DNA from: Octopus sinensis
Lineage: Eukaryota
Assembly: GCF_006345805.1 (NCBI RefSeq)
Contig: NC_043026.1
Coordinates: forward strand, 10,292,001 to 10,356,000
Length of the DNA: 64,000 nt
Reading direction: 5' to 3'
In this document: positions 54,583 to 64,000 of the stretch, piece by piece
Layout: each line of letters starts with the position of its first letter
How positions within the stretch are numbered: the stretch's first letter is position 1
Made by a program: the position numbers and the translations under genes
The notes under the pieces: model-generated
What the model saw: the letters and a program-made list of their open reading frames with translations, nothing else
What the model was told of the DNA's origin: nothing
Databases searched by the model: none

Positions 54583-55829
54583 AATTAGGTTATATTCTTT
54601 ATAAGAAGAACTTTGTACAGATGTCAGTCATATGATCCTATGTGTTTTACCATGTGTTGAGAGGAAATCAATTCTATAATTTTCTCACTCTTTTCCATTA
54701 CTTTTCCTCTCAAATCCAAGTTTATACATTTTCCTTCCTTTCTTCTTGTACTTTATTTCTTACAAACACTTCTTCTGCTGTATTTCTGTCCAGTTGCTAC
54801 TCTTCTTTAGCAACACTTTCATTAATTAAATCCAACTTTAATTAGTACACAGGCTCCTCTTCTTGACACTCCAGTCGGTGATGTTCACAAATTTGTCTAA
54901 TAATATTAATTCAGAGCAAATATTTCACAGGAATCCTACCAGAGATTCATAGAAACAATCTGATACATCTGTTTCGTATAATAGTGCCTTTAGATTTTAA
55001 AACATGGTAGATATTGAGGATGTGTCATTCGTTACGTCAGAGTTATTTGATGTTCTGAAATTATAGAGAAACAACAATGTAAGATGTAGAGGCTATTTAA
55101 AAAATACAGATTCGTTTCTATTGAGATAAACTGTAGAAATAAACATTTACCTCAACAACTGAGCTGTACGTCTCACAGCTATATAAAGTGCTAATCCCTA
55201 AAAAGTAAACTGAACGTGTGGGAGTGGAACTCCCAGAAAGACAGGTTATAAAGTTCAGAAGATGACAAAGGAAAAAGTTTCCTGGCAACTTGCTCTACTC
55301 AAGATCTGCAGTCCATAACAAAAGTGTTAAGACATATTCCTCTAGAGGCAAAAAGCACTTGTGGCCATGACGTGCTCATGTAGTGCCATAGAAAAGCACC
55401 CTGCGCAATATGAAGTGGTTGGCACTACAAAGAGCATCCTGTGGAAATCGCGACAAATGAGAACGGAGTCTGCCACAGCTCCCTAGCTAGCCTGCTCTGG
55501 TCAAACCATCCAACTGATGCCAGCATGTACAATGGATGTGACCAATGTCACCAGGTATTGGTCAGTTCTGGTGACCAAGTCCTCTTCTTTAGCATGAAGT
55601 CACATGACCTCGTGGTTTGCAAGTTATTAGGAAGTTGCAACTTCCCAAAGCGGGAAAAACGTAGATACGTTTGAGCCATCCTGTGCTTATATAAACAACA
55701 GTTTTCAGCCTTTCTTTCTTTGTAAATTCTAGGAACAGCCCCTACACGCCTGTGTTAGATTTCAGAATGGAATGTCGATGTCAGTTTCTTGATTCAGTCA
55801 TTAAGGCACAGCTAATAGCAAGACATAAA

Positions 55830-56345
55830 ATCTCTCTTCCATTGTTAGAAATAGCAACAAAATTAAGGCCATCTTCCATCCTTAGCTAGAAATAGCAGCC
55901 AAATCTTGCACAACTCGTAAAATCTCACTTCCATTATTAGAATTAGCAACAAAATTGAGGCCATCTCTCATCCTTAGCTAGAAATAGCAGCCAAATCGCG
56001 TACAAATCAAAGACATCTCTCATTCATAAAAGATGCACGAAAGAGCGCCAAAAGTCTACAAAGTTAGAAACATTGAATGTTTTCATTGTTAAATACTTAC
56101 GGGAATTTTTCATAGAGGATGTTTTATATGTGTATATCTGGTGGTTGAAAGAGAAAGGTTCTTCGTATTTGTTTGTCTTGTTATGTCCAAATCTATGTAA
56201 GATCCTATGATTATAATAAAGATTTTATCTGGTGGTTGAAAAATGCGTTATAAGTATTATTATATTAGCTGATTAAAAGAAATTGACAGCACATTTAATT
56301 GGATTCCAACATGAAGTAGGAAGTATTTTCAATGCGCATGCGTAG
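55830..56345 (-). promoter_or_regulatory. Module E upstream of ZNF7
   Basis: TGCGCATGCG at 56333-56342; ATGAAAAATTCCC|GTAAGT donor at 56100-56095. Confidence 0.6.
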
Positions 56346-56390
56346 CCACTTAATTGAAAATATAATTGCGCTCAAATTTTGATATGTGGA

Positions 56391-56563
56391 TACCTATTTC
56401 TTTACTACCCACGAGGGGCTAAACACAGAGAGGACGAACAAGGACAGACAAACGGATTAAGTCGATTATATCGACCCCAGTGCGTAACTGGTACTTATTT
56501 AATCGACCCCCGAAAGGATGAAAGGCAAAGTCGACCTCGGCGGAATTTGAACTCAGAACGTAA
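56391..56563 (-). mobile_element. SINE B fragment
   Basis: Same sequence as the 42581 monomer. Confidence 0.85.
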
Positions 56564-56649
56564 AGGTACCAGGGCGTGTATACGTCTTGAAATAATTACA
56601 AAAATCGATTCCGGGTGTGAATGCGATCGATAAAGCCGTGGGAACGTGC

Positions 56650-57067
56650 GGATCTTTTTGGTTTGAATGGCAGTTTTTAACATAATTTCCAGGTAACTAA
56701 AAAATTTTTTAACTTTGTATACTGGTAGAATGTATCAAAATAAAACATCTTTGTCTCTTGGTTTTATTGAGGAAATTCTATGGTTTGTAAGATATTTGTT
56801 CTTGTTTTTTTCTTCAATTTCTGCAATTTCAATCAATCACTGACGTCTATTGAGGTAAAAATCAATCTGTGCCGTATGAATATGTTCCTCGTTTAAGAAA
56901 CAGATTGGGTTTATTTATATTTGTGAAGAGAAAAAAGATACCCTTCACCCCACTCCTAACCCTAAAACAGATTGAAATGCAATAGATCGATACTAGGGTC
57001 ATAATTATGGGTGACAATTTCATATGACACCGCTAGAAAAAAACTGCCGTTCAAACCGAAAAGATCC
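56650..57067. mobile_element. Merlin-like MITE, 418 bp
   Basis: TIR GGATCTTTT(T/C)GGTTTGAA(T/C)GGCAGTTTTT; perfect 8-bp TSD GAACGTGC at 56642-56649 and 57068-57075. Confidence 0.9.
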
Positions 57068-57499
57068 GAACGTGCATTTGCAAGTACATCAGCTGTTGCG
57101 ATCGATACTACATATACTACGCGAGAAAAATGCACGGTGTCTCAAATTTAGGTTAAATCAGTGTTTCTCAAAGGGGAGGCCTATGGGACGGTCGGACAAG
57201 TTGTTTTGAGAAAACTTAGTTTAAATTGGACGGTCGGCGTTTTGCTCGTACAAAACTTCCATGCTTCCTGAGATTCGCCAACACTACACCTGATTTTCTC
57301 CCCTCCATACACATGCAAGTACATGTATCTGATTCAAACACTGTTCACTTCTCAGACATTTGTACACTACTGCATATGCTTTATACGCACTTTATGACAA
57401 GTTGTGGTGCACCAGAGCACTGTATATAATAATTTCATTATTATTAAAACAATTAGCTGCAAAATATTAAACATGAAAAGCATTTAAAGAAGACTTAGT

Positions 57500-57960
57500 G
57501 ACCTTAGATAATTCGGAGAAACACATGCGCTTTGAACGTGCTTCCTGCTTCGTAGTAACGTGTGATTAAATATCCTTAATCAGCTAATACGTTTATAATA
57601 CTTGTGATCGGTGCTCATAATGAATTTCTCAACTACCTGATACTCACATATATCACAACATTATCCTCTATGAAACATATCCGTAAGTATTAAGCAATGA
57701 AAATTTTCAATGTTTTAAATTCTGTAGACGTTCGGTTTTTGGCGCGTAGGTTATTTATGTATTACGTTCTATGAACAATTTGTGCGGATTTAGCTGCTAT
57801 TTCTATTCATGGAAGATAGATGTCCATGATTTATTCGAGATTTTGGCTACTCTTTCTAGCTACGGAAGCCACCTTCTGCTTTCTCCATCGTTGCCCCGTT
57901 TGTTTGTTTTAGTTTGAGAAATGTTCTGAAGTGTTTAGTAGCCAATACTTTATTTTAATT
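57500..57960 (+). promoter_or_regulatory. Module E upstream of ZNF8 (inverted relative to the - strand copies)
   Basis: CACATGCGC at 57522-57530; ATG at 57670; GTAAGT at 57683; acceptor TTTCAG ends 58095, predicting a 413-bp intron. Confidence 0.65.
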
Positions 57961-58512
57961 TATCGATTTGTGTCCAACCAAGTAGTAATTTGTTTGCTCA
58001 TATCTTTCTACAAAATGGATAATATTAAATAGAAATAGCTGAAAATACATCTCACGCGGTGAAAATCTTACACTGTTGTTTCTATATAATTTCAGAACAT
58101 CTGACAACATGTAACAGAATGAACATCCTCAATATCTACCACGTTTTAAAAGCTGAAGGAAACTATTATACGAGACAGATGTATCAGATTGTTCCTGTGA
58201 TTCTCTGGTAGGATTCCTGTGAAACATTTACTCTGAAATAATATTATTAGACAAATTTGTGAACATCACCGACTGGAGTGTCAAGAAGAGGAGCCTGTGT
58301 ACTGATTAAAGTTGGTTTTAATTAATGAAAGTGTTGCTAAGGAAGAGTAACAACTGGACAGAAATACAGCAGAAGAACTGTTCGTAAGAAATAAAGTACA
58401 AGAAGAAAAGGAAGGAAAATGTATAAACTTGGATTTGAGAGGAAAAGTAATGGAAAAGAGTGAGAAAATTATACAATTGATTTCCTCTCAACACATAGGA
58501 TCATATGACTGA

Positions 58513-59559
<1,047 letters not shown>

Positions 59560-59809
59560 CCATATCATTGACATAACTGTGGTAAATTATTGTCTCAGAA
59601 TTGTAACTTATGAAAACACAAATATATTCATAAAGGTGAGAAATGAGAAGACTCGTTTCTTGTTTGGTATGAATTTTTAATATTCCAGGTGCCGAGTGGA
59701 ATGGTCCATCTATCTATCTCTATCTGTTCTGCTCTGAATAGCTTACAACTGTTGCTAAATAAAAACCTATATTCTATGAAAGTAAATTGTTTTTCTGTCT
59801 ATCGCTCCA

Positions 59810-60065
59810 TTCAGCCATCTATCTATCTGCCTATCTATCTATATGTCTATCTATCTATCTGCCTATCTATATATCTATCTATCTATCTGCCTATCTATCT
59901 ATATGTCTATCTATCTATCTGCCTGTCTATCTATCTATCTGCCCATCTATCTATATGTCTATCTGTCTGTCTATATATCTATCTATATGTCTATTTATCT
60001 ATCTATCTGCCTGTCTATCTATCTATCTGCCTATCTATCTATCTATCTATCTATCTGCCCGTCTA
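59810..60065. repeat. (TCTA)n-type microsatellite, resuming at 60785-60835
   Basis: Seen directly. Confidence 0.95.
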
Positions 60066-60782
60066 TAATAATAATAATAATAATTGTGTACAGTGCTCAG
60101 GTGCACTACGACTCATCTAAAGTGTATATATAATCAGGTGTAGTTTCGGCGGATTTCGGAAAGCATGAGGGCCTTAAAGGATGCAGTGTCATGGCAGTCA
60201 ACAACTGACGCAGGCAGTTTATTCCATGCTTCAGCAACTCTGAGCGTGAAAAAATGTTTCCGAAAGTCATGGGAGCTGTGTTGTTTTCTGACTTTGTAGG
60301 CATGTCCACGTGTGTTGGACACATGGAGATCAAAAAGGTGTTCAGTGTTGTTGTTGGTGAGGTGGTTGATAACTTTGTGAGTGTTTACCAATTCCGTCGT
60401 CAGACGCCGGAGCTTCAGTGAATCCATGCCCAGGGAAACAAGGCGCTCAGAATATGGTAGGTGTCTGATGGAGGGTATGCGTTTGGTTGCACGTCTCTGG
60501 ACAGATTCCAGGAGGTCAATGTTCTGAGCAAGATAGGGGTTCCAAACTGATGATGTGAATTCCAAGTGTGGTCGTACCATAGCTGTATACAGTTTTAAAT
60601 AGATGGCTGGAGAGCGGCTAACAAAAGTCTTGCTGAGTGATGCCAAGACACCCTCGGCCTTCTTGACAATTTTAGAGATATGCTTTGTCCAACGCAAATC
60701 ACTGCTGACAGTGATGCCTAAGTCACGCTCGCAAGAGGATTTCTTGATATCAGTGTTGTGGAGGGAGTATGTGGACGCAGGG
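60066..60782 (-). mobile_element. CR1-clade LINE, 5'-truncated
   Basis: 187-aa ORF LYTAMVRPHLEFTSSVWNPY..LESVQRRATK..YSERL..LRRL..WNKLP; (ATT)n tail. Confidence 0.92.
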
Positions 60783-61419
60783 TTCTATCTATCTATCTAT
60801 CTATCTGCCTAGCTATCTATCTATCTGTCTATCAATAAAGACGTGAAAACTTGAAAATTTCTGTATCACTCTTGGTGGGAATCCTCCAAATAATTTTTCT
60901 ACTTTCTATAAAAAGGGAAAAAATTCTGGAAAAAAACCCCCAAAAATATAAAACAAAATTGGAGGAATTTTTAACGGTTTTTAAGAAATCTCGCTATGGT
61001 TCGTCAATCTACCAAAACCTCTCCCTCTCACAGGCTGCCTCAGCTTCTCATCCGTTTTTCAATAATTGTGTGTTCTATTCTTCCATCATTTTCCAATTTT
61101 GCCACTTTTCAGTCTCAGCCTCCCGTTTCGCCGTCGCTAATTGCTAATTTCTTAATTATCTCTATAACATAAGGGGGGGATCAGCCATCTGAATGTGGCT
61201 AGGGTCAGGGCGGGGTAGTGGGGGGGGTGTTACTGATGCATTTAGCCCCAGGCGACCATCATCGTCACCAGAAGAGCTGACACCATCTCGGTGTCCTTGC
61301 CAGCCTGCAAAGGGAGATCAGCCTCTTTCTTTTATCAATTCATTCCTCCTATGAGATACATAAAGGGAGATAATTACACACACACACACACACACAGCTA
61401 CCACAAATATTTCAAAAGG

Positions 61420-61980
61420 GCAGGAGCCACGCACGCGCATTCAGCGAACTTCATCCTTTGTTCTGTTACAAGGTTAAATACCCAGGTGCGTGAATTACTC
61501 GGAATCTTCTTCTAATACATTTATAATTCTTATAATGTGTTTCCCTACTACCAGATACACACATACATAACAACACTATCCTTTATGAAGCATTTCCGTA
61601 AGTATTCAACTGTGAAATTATTTCGTGTTTTTAATTCTGTAGAGATTCAATGAATTATGTGAGATTTGGCTGCTATTTCTAGCTATGGAAGGTGCATTGC
61701 CAGGTTAATTCCTTCGTCTTTAAGTTCGGTCTTTGGTGCGTCGATTCTTTCTCTTTTATTTCTTATGGATGAGAGATGGCCTTCATTTGGCTGCTATTTC
61801 TAGCTATGGAAGGTGCATTGCCAGGTTAATTCCTTCGTCTTTAAGTTCGGTCTTTGGTGCGTCGATGAATGTTATTCCTTGTAAAAGAATGGACTCCGCA
61901 ACTGTTGTGGGATATTAGCGCATCGATTCTTTCTTTTATTTCCTATGGATGAGAGATGGCCTTCATTTGGCTGCTATTGC
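61420..61980 (+). promoter_or_regulatory. Orphan module E (+) with a 121-bp internal duplication
   Basis: ATG at 61585, GTAAGT at 61598, then ATTTGGCTGCTATTTCTAGC motifs at 61664 and 61785. Confidence 0.55.
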
Positions 61981-62529
61981 AGGAAATTTTGTATGCATAA
62001 CACTTGGAACTTCAGAAGTGTCTGCACATAACCATCTGTCATTTCTTCTGTTAAGTTTTTGATCTACCAATGTGATCGTTTTCATCTACATCTATAAAGT
62101 TCACTGTGTTTGTTTCCTCTATGCGTGGTCAAACTGCATAAAAGGTTAAAGGAAATAAATATATTTATTCTGATTAAAAAAACAATTTTTTGTTACTGTA
62201 TTTATTTGGAGATGCTCTGTCTTCCTTTCAAAGAATTTAGTAAAATAACTTATTTATCATTAAGCTGGTGTTATAAACATAAATTGTAACTGTGGTTTGA
62301 GCCAGGTTGGTGTTGAAAGGGTTAACATTCTTTAAACTTCCGAGTAACGCCAGGTACTTAGGCTAGACTTACATAAAATACATGTACAGTTTTCATGTTA
62401 TATTAAATGTATTTAGGTTTATGTATTGGACACATTGGTTATATGAAATGGCAGGATGTGACTTAAGCTATGGACACATAAGAGGTGCAGCAGTATCAAA
62501 GGAAGGCTAACTGGAGGATATTTTTTGTA

Positions 62530-63500
62530 TGTGGCAGTTGCTCAGGAGCAATAAATAAAATTGAAAATGTGCAGAGAACAACTTCCTCCACATTCGAAGG
62601 AGAAAAACTATAAGTAGTTGATAGCTTCCATTACCTAGGTGACCAAGTCAGGAGCGTGCACTGAAAGTGTAGCTGCTAGAATAAGAATAGCCTGGGCTAA
62701 GTTCAGAGAGCTCTTACCCCTGCTGGTGACAAAGGGCCTCTTGCTCAGAGTAAAAGGTAGACTGTGCGACGCATGTGTATAAACAGCCATGCTACATGGC
62801 AGTGAAACATGGGCTGTGACTGCTGAGGACATGCGTAAGCTCACAAGGAAGAAGCCAGCATGCTCTGATGGATGTGTAATGTCAGTGTGCATACTCGACA
62901 GAGTGTAAGTACCTTGAGAGAAAAGTTGGACCTCAGAAGCATCAGATGTGGTGTACAAGAGAGACGACTGCGCTGGTATGGTCATGTAGCGAGAATGGCT
63001 GAGGATAGCTGTGTGAAAAAGTGCCACACCCTAGCAGTTGAGGGAACCTGTGGAAGAGGTAGACCCAGGAAGACCTGGGACGAGGTGGTGAAGCATGACC
63101 TTCAAACACTGGGCCTCACCAAGGTTAATGACTAGTGAACGGGACCTCTGGAAATATGCTGTGCTTGATAAGACTCGGCAAGCGCAGGTGAGACCATAAC
63201 CCTGTGGACTATGCCAAAGGTGTAACCAGTCCACTTATACGTGCCTTTCCTTCATTGGACACTAAACTCTGCTTGTGAAGACTTGTTGAGGCAAGTGAAA
63301 TCGAAATCAAATTCGATTACTGGCATCCGTACTAGAGGAGCACTAAGAGTACCATACGAGTGAGATCGTGGCCAGAGCAACAAGCTGGCCACCATGCCGA
63401 TGGCACATTAAAGACACCATTCGAGTGTGATCGTTACCTGCGTCGCCTTACAAGCACTTGTCCTGATGGTACATGAAAAAACATTTGAGAGAGGTCGTTG
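62530..63500 (+). mobile_element. RTE-clade LINE 3' portion
   Basis: SFHYLGDQV..ARIRIAWAKFRELLPLL..LRWYGHVARM..GTCGRGRPRKTWDEVVKHDL, then 3' UTR-like sequence. Confidence 0.9.
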
Positions 63501-63550
63501 CCCACAAGGGGCTACACACAGAGGGGACAAACAAGGGCAGACAAATGGAT

Positions 63551-63720
63551 CACAGACGTATTCATACAGGAGAGAAAGGAAAAGGGTAGTTTTTTGTTTG
63601 GTGTGTCTTTTTAATATTCTTGTGTTTTGTACAAAGGAAAATAGGAGTAAAGTGTTTCAAAAATTTCTTTGTCTTTTTTTGTTTTTGCAATTTTCGCCTC
63701 TCCTTAATCCACCACTTCTT
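63551..63720 (+). pseudogene. 3' stub of a deleted ZNF gene ([12 protein letters not shown] at 63551-63589 plus 3' UTR)
   Basis: CAC AGA CGT ATT CAT ACA GGA GAG AAA GGA AAA GGG TAG followed by sequence homologous to the 3' flank of the other ZNF genes. Confidence 0.85.
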
Positions 63721-63740
63721 GTGCAGTCAATTATATCAAA

Positions 63741-63975
63741 CCCGAAAGGATGACAGGCAGAGTTAACCTCAGAGGAATTTGAACTCAGAACATTGCGGCA
63801 GACGAAATACCGCTAAGCATTTCGCCCGGCGTGCTAACGTTTCTGCCAGCTCACCACCTTTTTTCAGTTCTTTCAGTTTCTGTCTACCAAGTCCACTTTG
63901 GTGGTTTTAGATGCACTGGTGCTATGAAAGAAAACACTTGCTCAAGGTGCTGCTCTGTGATACTGAACTTGAAAT
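63741..63975 (-). mobile_element. Degenerate SINE B (63741-63858) and SINE D (63865-63975) fragments
   Basis: Homology to the intact copies in the window. Confidence 0.7.
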
Positions 63976-64000
63976 CAAAATTGATTTTCTTTTTTTCTTA

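Noticed and set aside
57159-57175. hAT-type terminus CAGTGTTTCTCAAA
   Set aside because: No partner TIR or TSD found.
59689-60133. Long ORFs of YLSI/IYLS repeats (also His/Met-rich ORFs at CAT/GAT tails and ORFs over 60-bp repeats at 47.7-48.3 and 51.0-51.6 kb)
   Set aside because: Translations of microsatellites and internal VNTRs.

Overview
AT-rich eukaryotic DNA containing a C2H2 zinc-finger (ZNF) gene cluster embedded in dense interspersed repeats. The finger consensus ([16 protein letters not shown]), finger-only proteins and SINE/LINE repertoire suggest a coleoid cephalopod, probably Octopus (inference, no search run). Eight finger arrays are present: seven on - (6.3-7.5, 11.9-13.1, 18.2-19.5, 24.5-25.8, 33.4-34.5, 40.0-41.9, 53.7-54.6 kb) and one on + (58.5-59.6 kb), plus a 13-codon stub of a ninth gene (63.55 kb). 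Bases 1-29.8 kb are a recent head-to-tail amplification (units U0-U4, 5.4-7.6 kb) of a one-gene cassette whose copies differ by whole 84-bp fingers, deletions and a copy-specific DNA-transposon insertion. A conserved module seen 14 times (NRF1-like GCGCATG motif, ATG, GTAAGT donor) lies upstream of the ZNF exons and flips orientation with them; it is interpreted as promoter plus first exon. Identical finger tracts are shared by distant paralogues. Other content: CR1, RTE and L1/Tx1 LINE remnants, three tRNA-derived SINE families, an RTE-tailed repeat, Merlin-like DNA elements (GG ends, 8-bp TSDs) with a Merlin transposase fossil, a 52-bp minisatellite and microsatellites. No rRNA, true tRNA or CRISPR array. 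No transcript data are available, so all exon models are inferred.
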